Shown here: positions 37,989-48,417 of the stretch, one piece after another
Position numbering within the stretch: the first letter of the stretch is position 1
Layout of the letters: each line of letters begins with the position of its first letter
Source of the DNA: Candidatus Neptunichlamydia sp.
GTDB lineage: Bacteria > Chlamydiota > Chlamydiia > Chlamydiales > Simkaniaceae
Length of the DNA: 64,000 nt
Direction: 5' to 3'
NCBI GenBank assembly: GCA_965233865.1
Contig: OZ247587.1
Location: 1,216,001 to 1,280,000, forward strand
Program-made: the position numbers and the translations under genes
Notes under the pieces: generated by a model
Database searches by the model: none
Told to the model about the DNA's origin: nothing
Seen by the model: only the letters and a program-made list of their open reading frames with translations

Positions 37989-38996
37989 TTAAAACTCAAT
38001 ACCAAGATGACCGGTAACACCATAAAAAGTTAGGTCGTCGGCCTGGCGAGCAATTTTAAGCCTTCCTCGACCCGTATCTTCCATTGTCACCATTTGATTT
38101 TGACGCCAATAGTAATCTGCTTCATATGCAAGAGAGATAAAAATTTGAGCTCCACCTATAGGGAAATCTTTATTCAAGCCGAAGGTGAAGGAAAGGTTGG
38201 GGGAGAAAAGGTGAGCATCTCCCTTAATTTTAATGGGAATTTCTGTATGTTTGACCTCAAAATCTCCATAAAGCAGTGCCCCTTTGACGTTCCCAAAAAA
38301 GCTAAACCCTGAAAAAAGGTGACAGTTCATATTCATTCCAAGCTGAGGCCCCACTCCTTTAAATCGGCAACGGTCTTTCACCTTCGTAAGGTCTTGTTGA
38401 AATGCGCTATATGTCACCCATTGCTTTTGGTCAATCCACGCTTGTTTAACACCTAAACTAGATCCTAATCCCAGAAGGCTTCCTAAAAATGAGTTCCTCT
38501 TTAGCTCAAGAGAAACCGCGTCATAGTCAATATCATAAGAAGATTTTATGCTCTGGTTGAAGACAAAAAAGCTTCCCCGCAAATTTACAAGAAGAGAAGG
38601 AGGAATGATTCCGCGCCCTTCCGTATCGTGAGCCCCAAAATGGGTATAGGTACCCAAAACTTCCCACTTCACAATCGGAAGAAAAACCCCTACCCCAAGG
38701 CGGTATCCAAGATCCCAGTCAAAACTTTGGCTTTCCTCTTTCCTCTTTCCACTCGCTAGACTATAGACATACTCAGTGCCCCCCACTTTTGCATGCCAAT
38801 AAAGAGGGCCCCCAAACAACTCAATACCAATCCATCCTCTTTCAAATGTGGCATTTGCAATCTGGGATCCATAATCACTACTAGGGGGGTGTGTCCCGAT
38901 ATTCCCCATTTGCTGCTCTAAAACACCCACCCGTGTTTCCATTTTCTCAGCAAACAAGGGAAAAGTGCAAAATATGCCGACAATCATCCATTTCAT
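37989..38996 (-). CDS. Lpg1974/MOMP-like outer membrane porin
   Basis: Signal peptide, LYWHA, GYRLGVG, FKGVGPQLG, terminal Phe. Confidence 0.8.
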   Translation of the reverse strand: MKWMIVGIFCTFPLFAEKMETRVGVLEQQMGNIGTHPPSSDYGSQIANATFERGWIGIELFGGPLYWHAKVGGTEYVYSLASGKRKEESQSFDWDLGYRLGVGVFLPIVKWEVLGTYTHFGAHDTEGRGIIPPSLLVNLRGSFFVFNQSIKSSYDIDYDAVSLELKRNSFLGSLLGLGSSLGVKQAWIDQKQWVTYSAFQQDLTKVKDRCRFKGVGPQLGMNMNCHLFSGFSFFGNVKGALLYGDFEVKHTEIPIKIKGDAHLFSPNLSFTFGLNKDFPIGGAQIFISLAYEADYYWRQNQMVTMEDTGRGRLKIARQADDLTFYGVTGHLGIEF

Positions 38997-39089
38997 GGAA
39001 ATAAATTACCATGGCTTGCTCAAATTCACAATCGATTCTTCTTGCATCAATTGTTTAAATTTTTTACTCAATTATTAAAAAGGTGATCA

Positions 39090-39621
39090 ATGAATTTTCT
39101 TAACATCGACCCAAAAATTGTTTTTCGCTGGGATTACTTAAAATTTCTTTCTGTAGCAAACAACATCCATGTGCAAACAATTGTTGAGGTCGGAACGTGG
39201 GATGGGGAAAATGCTAAAAAACTAATACCTCATTGACCCCTATCACCCAACTCCCACTTACCTTCAAAAAGGAAACCCCACTTCTTTTAATCCAAAAGAT
39301 TATGAAAACAATTATAAAAAAGTTTGTAAACACTTTGAAAATGACTCGAAAACAACTATACTAAAAGCGACTTCCACGGAAGGAGCATTTCTAGTTCCGG
39401 ATGATATTGATCTCGTGTTCATTGATGGAGACCACAGCTACAAGCACGTAAAACAAGACATTCTAACATGGAAGCCAAAAATTCGTGCTGGAGGGCTTCT
39501 CACAGAGCATGACTATAGCTTGTTTTTTCCAGATGTTATGAAAGCTGTTAATGATTGTCTTCCAAATAAATTTGTCGTCGGAAAAGATTCTGTCTGGGCT
39601 GTGATCACATCAGGTGTTTAG
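39090..39621 (+). pseudogene. Class I SAM methyltransferase, degraded
   Basis: IVEVGTWDG and LIDPY...DLVFIDGDHSY are in different frames with stops. Confidence 0.75.
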
Positions 39622-40585
39622 CATAATAAATTGTCCCCAAAAGAGCAGTCCTATCATTGAGAACAACACGAATGGGAATTGCTTCAAGGAGAGACCCAAA
39701 CCGTCCCTTTCCTGTGAACGATCGGAGAAAATCTCCTCTCTTCAACACTCCCATAATTTTTGGCGCTATTCCCCCGCCGATATAAACCCCGCCCAGCGCA
39801 AGCATTTTTAATGCGACATTCCCCGCCTCAGCTCCGTAGATAGACACGAAAAGCTCTAGCGTTTCTGCGCATGCTTTCGACGAGCCACTGAGCCCTTTTT
39901 CTGAAATAAGAAGAGGAGAGTCTCCCGATGCAATCTCCTTATAAATCTCTTCCTTTTCCACTACTTGCTTTGTCTCCACCATGAATTGATAGAGGTTGTA
40001 AAGCCCGGGACCAGAAAGAATTCTTTCGTAGGAAACATGACCAAACTTTTCTCTCAAATAGCGAAGAAGAGCATCCTCCCTTTCATTCCTTGGGGCAAAG
40101 TCTGTGTGCCCCCCTTCGCAGGCAAAGGGATAGTGACGTCGTCCATCGAAAAAAACACCAGCTTCCCCTAAACCCGTTCCAGCTGAAACCATTGCCTGGT
40201 TTCCCTCTGCGCGGGGATCTCCTTCATTGATCGTATAAAACTCATCATCCTTAAGCATGTTCAATCCATAGACGTTGGCTTCTAAGTCATTAATCATGGA
40301 AACCTTGTCGATTGAGAGTTCTCTTTTCAGTTGGTCTATATCCACAAGCCAAGGAAGATTTGTTGCTTGACTTTTTCCTTTTTTAACAGGCCCTGCAATG
40401 CCAAAGCAGGCTTTAGAAATATGAACCGTTTCTCCCTTTAGAAATTCTTTCACAATAGTTCGAAGGTTAGGGTATTTCTGGCTAGGAAACTTCTCTTCTT
40501 TTACACACTCTACCTTTCCCTTTTCTTCAAGATAAAGGGCTAAGTGGGTTTTTGTTCCGCCTATGTCTCCTACTAAATAAGTCAT
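39605..40585 (-). CDS. glk: Glucokinase
   Basis: GDIGGTKT, GIAGPV, TNLPW, INDLEA, AGTGLGEA, EGGHTDF. Confidence 0.96.
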   Translation of the reverse strand: MTYLVGDIGGTKTHLALYLEEKGKVECVKEEKFPSQKYPNLRTIVKEFLKGETVHISKACFGIAGPVKKGKSQATNLPWLVDIDQLKRELSIDKVSMINDLEANVYGLNMLKDDEFYTINEGDPRAEGNQAMVSAGTGLGEAGVFFDGRRHYPFACEGGHTDFAPRNEREDALLRYLREKFGHVSYERILSGPGLYNLYQFMVETKQVVEKEEIYKEIASGDSPLLISEKGLSGSSKACAETLELFVSIYGAEAGNVALKMLALGGVYIGGGIAPKIMGVLKRGDFLRSFTGKGRFGSLLEAIPIRVVLNDRTALLGTIYYAKHLM

Positions 40586-40681
40586 TTCTTTTTCTTATCA
40601 TGATGGCGAAATTTTAACCATGATTCTAATCGCAAAAGTGTGTATATTGAGAAGAAATGAATTTAAGTGTAAGGACCTACC

Positions 40682-41719
40682 ATGTCAAACTCAAGTGATG
40701 CTGCAAAGAAAAAAGCGTTGGAACTTGCTGTATCTCATATTGTAAAGCAATTTGGGGCCGGATCTATTATGTCTCTCGGAGACCACTCCGCAAGCCACGA
40801 AATCAGTTCAATTAAAACCGGCGCAATTTCTCTTGATCTTGCTCTAGGAATTGGGGGAGTCCCTCGAGGAAGAGTTGTTGAAATTTATGGTCCTGAGTCT
40901 TCAGGAAAATCAACGCTCGCTACACATATTGTCGCAAGCTGCCAAAAAGAAGGAGGTATTGCTGCCTACATCGATGCAGAGCATGCAATGGATCCTTCTT
41001 ATGCAGCAAAAATTGGGGTAAACATTGATGATCTTATGATTTCTCAGCCTGACTGCGGAGAAGACGCTCTTAATATTGCAGAAATGCTAGCACGCTCGAA
41101 CGCTGTTGATGTGATTGTCATTGATTCGGTTGCAGCTCTCGTTCCAAAATCTGAGCTTGAAGGAGAGATTGGGGATACTCACGTAGGACTCCAAGCCCGC
41201 CTTATGTCGCAAGCCCTTCGAAAACTTACATCATCTCTTGCAAAAAGTGGCACCTGCGCTGTTTTTATTAACCAAATCCGTGAAAAAATTGGGGTTATGT
41301 TTGGAAACCCTGAAACAACATCTGGTGGCCGTGCCCTAAAATTCTATTCTTCTGTTCGCTTAGACATCCGTCGAACTGGAAGCATTAAAGGTCCAGAAAA
41401 TGTTGATATTGGAAACCGTGTAAAAGTGAAAATCGTTAAAAATAAAATGGCTCCTCCATTTAGAATTGCTGAGTTTGACATCCTCTTTAACGAAGGCATT
41501 TCTCGCACAGGATCGATCATTGATCTTGGTGTTGAACATAACATTATCGACAAGAAAGGAACTTGGTACAGCTATGGAGATAAACGCCTAGGTCAGGGTA
41601 AGGAAGCGACGCGCGAAGAGCTTAAGAAAAACCCAGAGATGACGGATGAAATTGAACGTCTCATCATGGAAAAAGTTCAGGATGTTCCAAAAGGAAAACC
41701 TGCCTTAGCAGCGAAGTAA
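40682..41719 (+). CDS. recA: Recombinase RecA
   Basis: [43 protein letters not shown]. Confidence 0.99.
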   Translation: MSNSSDAAKKKALELAVSHIVKQFGAGSIMSLGDHSASHEISSIKTGAISLDLALGIGGVPRGRVVEIYGPESSGKSTLATHIVASCQKEGGIAAYIDAEHAMDPSYAAKIGVNIDDLMISQPDCGEDALNIAEMLARSNAVDVIVIDSVAALVPKSELEGEIGDTHVGLQARLMSQALRKLTSSLAKSGTCAVFINQIREKIGVMFGNPETTSGGRALKFYSSVRLDIRRTGSIKGPENVDIGNRVKVKIVKNKMAPPFRIAEFDILFNEGISRTGSIIDLGVEHNIIDKKGTWYSYGDKRLGQGKEATREELKKNPEMTDEIERLIMEKVQDVPKGKPALAAK

Positions 41720-42580
41720 GTCAACCATTTGCTGAAACTCGGGAACCCACATCCCGAGTTTTTTCATTTTAAGAGTGAATGTTTTGACCTCTTCCTCTAA
41801 TCGACGCTCTGCATCTTCTTTTCCACAGGCCTGAGCAATATTTATCGAACCTATGCCGTCTTGATCCATATCCCCTATATCATCCCAAATCTGAAAAGCC
41901 ATTCCAAAGTGGAATGCCACTTCTCGAATCTCATCTACTCTTTGAAGTTCACCTCCTCCAAAAACCCAACCATAAACAAATGCGATTTCAAAAAGAGTCA
42001 CCGTTTTTTTGTAAATCACATCAAGAATTTCTTCTATGGAGTGGTTTTTAGGAAAGATGTCCTTAAACTGCCCACCAACAGCACCAGAAATCCCCGCACA
42101 CCGCGTAGCAGCATCCAAAGAGATAGAACAAGCCTCATTTGCTCTCTTTGAAAAAGGGTCTTTTTGTTTCGATAATGACTGAACTGAGTGAAAAATCTTC
42201 TCGTACCCGGAGGAAATTAGAGCATAACTAGCTAATAGCGCAATGGTTTCTCCATGCACTTTATGTAAAGCTGGTTTACTTCTTCTGTAGTCATCGTTAT
42301 CCATACAAGGAAGATCGTCAGCAATGATTGAAGCCGTATGAAAGTATTCGACAGAAAGACAAGCCTCTAAAACATCTAAGTTATTTCCTAGAGCTCGAGC
42401 CACCACCATTACAATCAGCGGGCGAATCCTTTTTCCCCCGTTCAATAAAGCATATTCGCAAGCATCCCGTAGTTCGCTCTGGTCCCCCAGGCGAAGAATA
42501 TTTAACTCCAAAAAAGTTTCAAACGTCTTTTTAAGGGGTTTAAGAAGGCTGGCTTTAGGAGCAATCAGCTGATTTAACAT
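41705..42580 (-). CDS. ispA: Polyprenyl (geranyl/farnesyl) diphosphate synthase
   Basis: [26 protein letters not shown]. Confidence 0.93.
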   Translation of the reverse strand: MLNQLIAPKASLLKPLKKTFETFLELNILRLGDQSELRDACEYALLNGGKRIRPLIVMVVARALGNNLDVLEACLSVEYFHTASIIADDLPCMDNDDYRRSKPALHKVHGETIALLASYALISSGYEKIFHSVQSLSKQKDPFSKRANEACSISLDAATRCAGISGAVGGQFKDIFPKNHSIEEILDVIYKKTVTLFEIAFVYGWVFGGGELQRVDEIREVAFHFGMAFQIWDDIGDMDQDGIGSINIAQACGKEDAERRLEEEVKTFTLKMKKLGMWVPEFQQMVDLLRC

Positions 42581-43220
42581 TTTTTAGATTCCTTACATTT
42601 GATTTCTGAATCAAGCTACATGCTTTTGAAAACGTGTGCTTACGCAGCAATACACCGGGGTTAAGGACGCTATTACACCCAATCTGGGATAGATCCCCCA
42701 ATATAGCCCCAAACTTCCTTAGACCTGTCTTAAAAAGCGTTCCCTCGATTTTAACAAGGACCTCTCCATGATCCAGCCTAAAGTTTGCGCAAATCACGCC
42801 AGCACCAAGGTTAACACCTTTTCCTAAGATAGAATCTCCAACATAATTAAAATGGGGCGCTTGAGCACCATCGAGCAAAACAGAGTGCTTCATCTCAGTT
42901 GAATGGCCAATGATACATTTATTTCCAGTTAAAACATAGGGTCGAACGTAGGCCCCATGACGCACCTGAGAATCCTCCCCAATAACGCAGGGGCCCTCAA
43001 TATAGGCTCCCGGTTCAATGCGTGTTCCCTTCCCTATTGAAATCTTGTCAGGACTCACAAGTGTGACTCTCTCGGGAATAGCACACTCAATTTTTCCAAG
43101 ATCCAACGAATTAAGATATCTCTTTAGTTCTTTTAAGCTGTCCCACACTGGCAACCCTAATTTAAAAAATCCTTTGTGAGAAAAATCCTTTAGATCAAAA
43201 AAACGTTCTGGCGTAGGCAT
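42555..43220 (-). CDS. glmU: GlmU-like hexapeptide-repeat transferase (chlamydial short form)
   Basis: Hexapeptide repeats, HFNYVGDSILG, NLGAG, KFGAILGD. Confidence 0.8.
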   Translation of the reverse strand: MPTPERFFDLKDFSHKGFFKLGLPVWDSLKELKRYLNSLDLGKIECAIPERVTLVSPDKISIGKGTRIEPGAYIEGPCVIGEDSQVRHGAYVRPYVLTGNKCIIGHSTEMKHSVLLDGAQAPHFNYVGDSILGKGVNLGAGVICANFRLDHGEVLVKIEGTLFKTGLRKFGAILGDLSQIGCNSVLNPGVLLRKHTFSKACSLIQKSNVRNLKNVKSADCS

Positions 43221-43229
43221 GCATTTAAC

Positions 43230-43500
43230 TCATTCATTAATAAGAGAAAAAGAATAATCTATTTAAGTATTTTTCTTCATCTTCTTCCGCTGTGGATTTG
43301 TTGATAACCCCTAATTTCTATAGAGGAACCTCATTGTTCACTCGATGTTGAAGAACTGACAAAACTGATAACTATTTGAATAAACCGCTCCTGCCAACAA
43401 GTTATCATCAGTTGCTCGACAGAGCATAAACAGCATTTTCCACAGCAGCATTTTTTGACTATAATAACGTGAGTTCGATTTTGAATCTACAGATTATAAT
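43230..43500. other. Candidate replication origin (oriC)
   Basis: Tandem DnaA-box-like TTATCAACA-AATCCACA (minus, 43291-43307), GC spacer, AT-rich tract; another TTTTCCACA near 43436-43444. Confidence 0.55.
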
Positions 43501-43542
43501 CTTTTTAAAATAAAAATTCTAGGTTAAATCTCTCTTAAGAAA

Positions 43543-43617
43543 TCTGGGTGAGAGGATTCGAACCTCCGACCCCTTGCACCCCATGCAAGTGCGCTGGCCA
43601 AGCTGCGCTACACCCAG
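43543..43617 (-). tRNA. tRNA-Pro(GGG)
   Basis: CTGGGTG/CACCCAG acceptor; CTTGC-ATGGGGT-GCAAG anticodon arm; GGTTCGAATCC. Confidence 0.96.
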
Positions 43618-43861
43618 AAATAGAGGAGAACACTGTTTTAGAAAAAAAAATAGTGAATTGACTTTGATATTTTCAGTTAAAACTTTGCTTTTGACCTCAT
43701 TAACTAACAAGTGGTCAATGTCGATCTCCAAACATAATTTTTCCGTAAAAACCTTTGAATCAATTCTGCACTTTGTTTTTTCGAAATGGTATAATATTGT
43801 ATGGATATTTACTGTTTGTGTCAATCTTGTAGTAAAGTTTTCAACGTGGTATTCTGCTGCC

Positions 43862-44542
43862 ATGATGCAAATGGAAAAAAGTTGGCACGAAGCCCTCAAA
43901 GAAGAAATGGAAAAGCCCTATATCGCGGAGCTTAAAAAATTTTTAGAAAGTGAAAAAAGAGGAGGCCAGGTCATTTTTCCTCCTGAAGAGCAAGTTTTTA
44001 ATGCTTTTCGTCAAACTCCCTACGACAAAGTTAATGTTGTTTTGATGGGACAAGATCCCTATCACGGCCCGAATCAAGCAGAAGGACTTTGTTTTAGTGT
44101 TAGGAAAGAAGTTTCTCTTCCCCCGTCGCTAAGAAACATTTATAAAGAGATGGAATCGGATGTAAAAATCCCACCAACATCTCACGGCTGTTTAATTAGC
44201 TGGGCAAAACAAGGCGTTTTAATGCTCAATGCAACCTTAACAGTTCGAAAGGGGGAACCAAAATCTCACTTCGGAAGGGGGTGGGAAACATTTACGGACG
44301 CAGTCATTCGAAAACTTTGTAGACGAGCAGACCCGCTGGTTTTTATCTTGTGGGGAAGGTCTGCAAAGGACAAGTGTGAAAATATTTTAAATACAATGAA
44401 ACATCCGCATGCAATTTTGACAGCAGCACACCCTTCTCCGTTTTCTTCAACGCAGTTTTTTGGGTGCCGCCACTTTTCGAAAACAAATGCCGTTTTAAAA
44501 GAGTGGGGGAAGACCCCGGTGAACTGGTCTGTGGATGGATAA
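43862..44542 (+). CDS. ung: Uracil-DNA glycosylase
   Basis: GQDPYHG, PPSLRNIYKE, WAKQGVLMLN, HPSP; start reassigned to MMQMEKSW. Confidence 0.97.
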   Translation: MMQMEKSWHEALKEEMEKPYIAELKKFLESEKRGGQVIFPPEEQVFNAFRQTPYDKVNVVLMGQDPYHGPNQAEGLCFSVRKEVSLPPSLRNIYKEMESDVKIPPTSHGCLISWAKQGVLMLNATLTVRKGEPKSHFGRGWETFTDAVIRKLCRRADPLVFILWGRSAKDKCENILNTMKHPHAILTAAHPSPFSSTQFFGCRHFSKTNAVLKEWGKTPVNWSVDG

Positions 44543-45767
44543 GGAAGTTGTTAAACAAAAAACCTCCCTCTTTTCGATTTTCTTCACCTTTGCGGTAGAC
44601 AATTTAGGTGCAACAATTGTCTTTCCTATTTTTGCCCCTCTTTTTTTAGAACCTTCAAAAGGGTTGATCGGGGCAGATAATTCCCTTGCTTATAAAACAA
44701 CAATGCTCGGATTATTCTTAGGAATTTTCCCCTTTATGCAGTTTATTTTTGCACCGATCATGGGGGAGTATGCTGATCATCACGGAAGAAAAAAGGCCCT
44801 TCTATTAACGACTTTCTTAACCTTTGTTGGGTATGCACTTAGTGCTTTTGGAATTCATCACCACTCCCTTTTTATGATCTTCTGTGCAAGGCTTATCATG
44901 GGGGTTGGAGCTGGAAATCTCTCTATTTGTCTTTCCTCTTTATCTGATCTAAGCCCCAGCCCTAGGAAGAAGGTCCGTTATTATAGTTACGGTTCAGCGG
45001 TCGCTGGTTTAACATTCATTCTTGGTCCCTTCGTTGGAGGAAAGCTCTCAGACCCTTCAATTTCTCCATTATTTGATTCCTCCTTCCCCATGTTTATTGG
45101 TGCAATACTTGGTTTAATTAATGTTCTGTTTATTCTCCTTGCCTTTGGGGAAACTTTAGAAAACCCTTCTAAAAACCCCTTTGATTTCATCAAAGGAATT
45201 CGCAATATTCAGCTTGCCCTCAAAACAGACTCGATCAAGAGCCTTTATCTCATCTATTTTTTCTATCTTTTTTCATGGAACATTATTTTCCTTTTCGTGC
45301 CGGCCTTTGTTGTTGAAAACTTTCATTTAAGTAATTCCAAGATTGGAGACATTTGCGCGCTTCTTGGAATCTGTTGGATTTTTGGAACGGGGGTGTTGCA
45401 CCGCCTTTTCTACCACACGGTCAACCCAAAGTGGATTCTTCTTACGTCCTTTATTGCCTTTGGATTGCTGGTCGTTTTTATCCCCTATCCTCACTCTTTA
45501 AAAGGGTTCCTTATTACCTTGGGGGGATGCACTATCATTTCAGGGTTGATTTGGCCTTTATGCACGAGCGCAATTTCTAACGCAGCGCCCCCAGACATCC
45601 AAGGTAAGGTTTTGGGTTTGAGCCAATCAATGCTTTCTCTAACAATGATGTTTTCTTCGGTTCTTGGGGGACTATTTCTTCATGTGCATTCGATGATTCC
45701 ATTTGTATTTTCAAGCATTTCTGCCTTAGTTGCAGCTGCGGTCCTTCTCCAGGTAAAAGTTGAATGA
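44535..45767 (+). CDS. MFS transporter (TetA/DHA1-like)
   Basis: About 12 TMs; GEYADHHGRKK motif A; GPFVGG. Confidence 0.92.
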   Translation: MDKEVVKQKTSLFSIFFTFAVDNLGATIVFPIFAPLFLEPSKGLIGADNSLAYKTTMLGLFLGIFPFMQFIFAPIMGEYADHHGRKKALLLTTFLTFVGYALSAFGIHHHSLFMIFCARLIMGVGAGNLSICLSSLSDLSPSPRKKVRYYSYGSAVAGLTFILGPFVGGKLSDPSISPLFDSSFPMFIGAILGLINVLFILLAFGETLENPSKNPFDFIKGIRNIQLALKTDSIKSLYLIYFFYLFSWNIIFLFVPAFVVENFHLSNSKIGDICALLGICWIFGTGVLHRLFYHTVNPKWILLTSFIAFGLLVVFIPYPHSLKGFLITLGGCTIISGLIWPLCTSAISNAAPPDIQGKVLGLSQSMLSLTMMFSSVLGGLFLHVHSMIPFVFSSISALVAAAVLLQVKVE

Positions 45768-46657
45768 ACCTTGAAGAAGCCATAGACTCTATTTGTAAGC
45801 CCTATTCGCAAAAAACACTTGTACAAGCAGCCGCAGAGCTGTCAGAGAGGTATCACCATAAACAAGCTCACGCTACCGAGCTTCACCGGATTGCATATGT
45901 AGTAACCCGCCTCCCCGCAACATATGCTGTTTTAAGGAAGGTCTTTTCTCAAATTGAAACACCTCCAACTGTCCTTGATTGCGGAGGCGGCCCAGGAACC
46001 TCGATCTGGGCTCTCCTTGACCATCCTATCGACAACCTCACCCTAATCGAACAAGACCCTGAATTTGTGCGGCTAGGAAAAAAACTCTCTCCTAAAACAC
46101 CCTTTTCCGTCACCTGGAAGACCGGAAGCTTTCTTAATCTTAAAGACTCTGCCGACCTCCTCCTTTTTTCCTATTCTCTCAATGAAATTCCCCAAGAAAA
46201 ACTACCTGCCGTGATCGAAAAAGCTCATGGATTAACAAACAACTTCCTCGTTGTTGTTGAACCAGGCACTCCAGAAGGTTTTGAGCGCGTTCGAAAAATC
46301 CGCATTCAGCTTCTTTCCCTAGGGATGTCTCTCCATGCCCCCTGTCCCCATCATAATAGTTGCCCTATGTTTAACGGAGACTGGTGCCATTTTTCGGCGC
46401 GCCTTTCTCGCACGACGCTTCACCGCACGCTTAAAAGGGGATCGCTTGGCCATGAAGACGAAAAGTATTCCTATATCATCGCCTCTAAAAAAACTTTCGC
46501 CCCATCCGGCGCGCGCATTCTCCGTACGCCACTCAAGCGCAAGGGACACACCGTTGCAACCCTCTGCACCGAAGAAGGGCTCGTTCAAAAAACCTTCACA
46601 GGCAAAGAGCGAAAAAAACTCCATTGGGGGGATCTAGTAACCGACAATGAGTCATGA
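45764..46657 (+). CDS. Rsm22-like SAM methyltransferase
   Basis: RLPATYA, LDCGGGPGT, VEPGTPEGF, APCPH...CP...WCHF, EDEKYSY. Confidence 0.88.
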   Translation: MNLEEAIDSICKPYSQKTLVQAAAELSERYHHKQAHATELHRIAYVVTRLPATYAVLRKVFSQIETPPTVLDCGGGPGTSIWALLDHPIDNLTLIEQDPEFVRLGKKLSPKTPFSVTWKTGSFLNLKDSADLLLFSYSLNEIPQEKLPAVIEKAHGLTNNFLVVVEPGTPEGFERVRKIRIQLLSLGMSLHAPCPHHNSCPMFNGDWCHFSARLSRTTLHRTLKRGSLGHEDEKYSYIIASKKTFAPSGARILRTPLKRKGHTVATLCTEEGLVQKTFTGKERKKLHWGDLVTDNES

Positions 46658-46711
46658 ATCAAATCAATTGCCGCTTGGGCTTGCTATCTAAGAGTGCTGA
46701 TTTCTAGAGAA

Positions 46712-47086
46712 TCATTCTTTGGTCAATTCTTCGTAAACAAGCTTAGCGTATTCTCGGACCTTATGCCAGTTGAGGTCAGCAACGATTTCTGCATCATTCT
46801 CAGGACAGTCGTCACTCGAATCATAGATATCCACTATATCGTAGAGTTTCTTAAGCATTTGGTACTGTAGATTAGTAAGCTGAATATCGCTATCATTTCT
46901 ACTTTCTAAAACAGCATCGGCATCTTCAATGAAATATATGACAGTATTTTCATAACAGGCATAGTCTTTTGGGTTTTTGCGAGCTACCCATTGACAAGTT
47001 TGGTATGCTTTATCCGACATTTCCTTGATCGTGTCAATAATTGAAAGAAAAGCAGGGGCTTTTTTGTTCTTTTCCATTGCTACCAT
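46712..47086 (-). CDS. Probable immunity protein
   Basis: Small acidic ORF overlapping the toxin-like stop; SDKAYQ..W and D.NWHKVREYAK motifs. Confidence 0.55.
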   Translation of the reverse strand: MVAMEKNKKAPAFLSIIDTIKEMSDKAYQTCQWVARKNPKDYACYENTVIYFIEDADAVLESRNDSDIQLTNLQYQMLKKLYDIVDIYDSSDDCPENDAEIVADLNWHKVREYAKLVYEELTKE

Positions 47087-47802
47087 CCTTTGAATTCAAA
47101 CTTCCCAAGGGGGATGTGAGCTTCTTCTAGGTTTCTGTTAATAAGCTTCCCCGATTTGGTGACCGCATCAGCACTTCCTCTTTGCACAACGTAGGGCTCT
47201 CTTTGCGAAAGGTTTGGACTTTTGGGATTGCCAGGCATTACACGCACTTGGATGCATTGCTTATTTGCTGTTCCTGGCTTAATATAGACCATACTACCAC
47301 TTTTCTCGGAGATTTTAACAACGGCATCTCTTGAAAGCCCTTTGGGTCTGCGGAATGTTTTGAAGCCTGCTTGATGAAGGATTTTGCGAATCTGATGCTC
47401 AGATAGGGATTGAGCACAGAAGGCTTTGTAAAGCTCTTTTTCGAGGCGCTTGGTGTTTTTAAATTCCTGGATGAGAGAAGTGGTTTTCCCTCGCCAGGTT
47501 TCCTGGTGGGCGGAAATAATTTGGCGCGCTTTAAGCGATTTGGACAATCTATTCAGGGTGAGAGAGGCATTTGCTTCTCGAAGCTCTCTGAAAATCTGGA
47601 TGCCTTTCTTTGTTCTTTTAAGAAGAGCAAGCTCCACTCCAACTTTTCCAGCTATGATTCCTATGAGCTCTCCTTGCCTTAAGTAGGATAGCTGGTCGCC
47701 GCCTTTGATAAGTTCTTGCGCTTCAGGAAGCATTTGATAGAGGACTCCTCCAGCCCCTTCTTCCTTGATATACTGAATGGCGTGCTCAAAGGCTTGGCAC
47801 AA
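47080..47802 (-). pseudogene. 5'-truncated polymorphic toxin C-terminal fragment
   Basis: VRVMPGNPKSP..QREPYVV...EAHIP, an RHS-type toxin tip pattern; joined to the start of a RING partner at 47852. Confidence 0.55.
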
Positions 47803-47854
47803 CTCTCTTGAGATTTCCGTTGTGAATAATATGAATTATTAGGCATTGACATAT

Positions 47855-48307
47855 TTACATTTTCTCTTTGAATATTTTTGTTATTTTTTGCACGTGCTCG
47901 GTTAACCCCTCAAGAGGAACGCATTCTGATATCTGGTTACTACCAATACGATTTTTACAAACGGGACATGGAATTCCAGATTCTTTTGTTACTTTGTTTG
48001 AAAATATAAGGCTTTGGATAGTCTCTTTATTAAAAACATGCCCACACTTAAACACCCCAGGGATATTTTTAACCGTAAAAGGTTCATACGTCACAGGATC
48101 CAGTGCATCAGGAGGCAGTTCCTCACATAGAGGTCTTAGCTCTTCTACGATTCTGTCATTCATTGTCTTTTGAGCTTTTACATCGCGTATTTCAAGCTCT
48201 CGACCTTTCAGCTCTGCCCTTGCTTCGTTTTCTTGAGTTTTGAGTTGCTCGCGGATGAATTTTTCAAAGTAAATGGTGTTATTCTGAATGCTTAATATGG
48301 CTGTCAT
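47855..48307 (-). CDS. RING/U-box-like protein (leader A, type delta)
   Basis: Constant block, FKCGHVFNKETI...CPVC. Confidence 0.85.
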   Translation of the reverse strand: MTAILSIQNNTIYFEKFIREQLKTQENEARAELKGRELEIRDVKAQKTMNDRIVEELRPLCEELPPDALDPVTYEPFTVKNIPGVFKCGHVFNKETIQSLIFSNKVTKESGIPCPVCKNRIGSNQISECVPLEGLTEHVQKITKIFKEKM

Positions 48308-48417
48308 CTTTTTTATCCTCTTACCTTTATTATAACATACATTGCACGAGATGCTTGCATGAAATCGTTCAAAATCAAAAATATTTTAGACCTTCGTTTC
48401 ATAAAAATTCAACGCTT

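Noticed and set aside
37835..38017. 60-aa ORF
   Set aside because: It is a translation through tRNA-Ala.
43574..43861. N-terminal extension of ung and ORF 43519-43899
   Set aside because: They overlap tRNA-Pro and promoter DNA; Ung homology starts near 43862.
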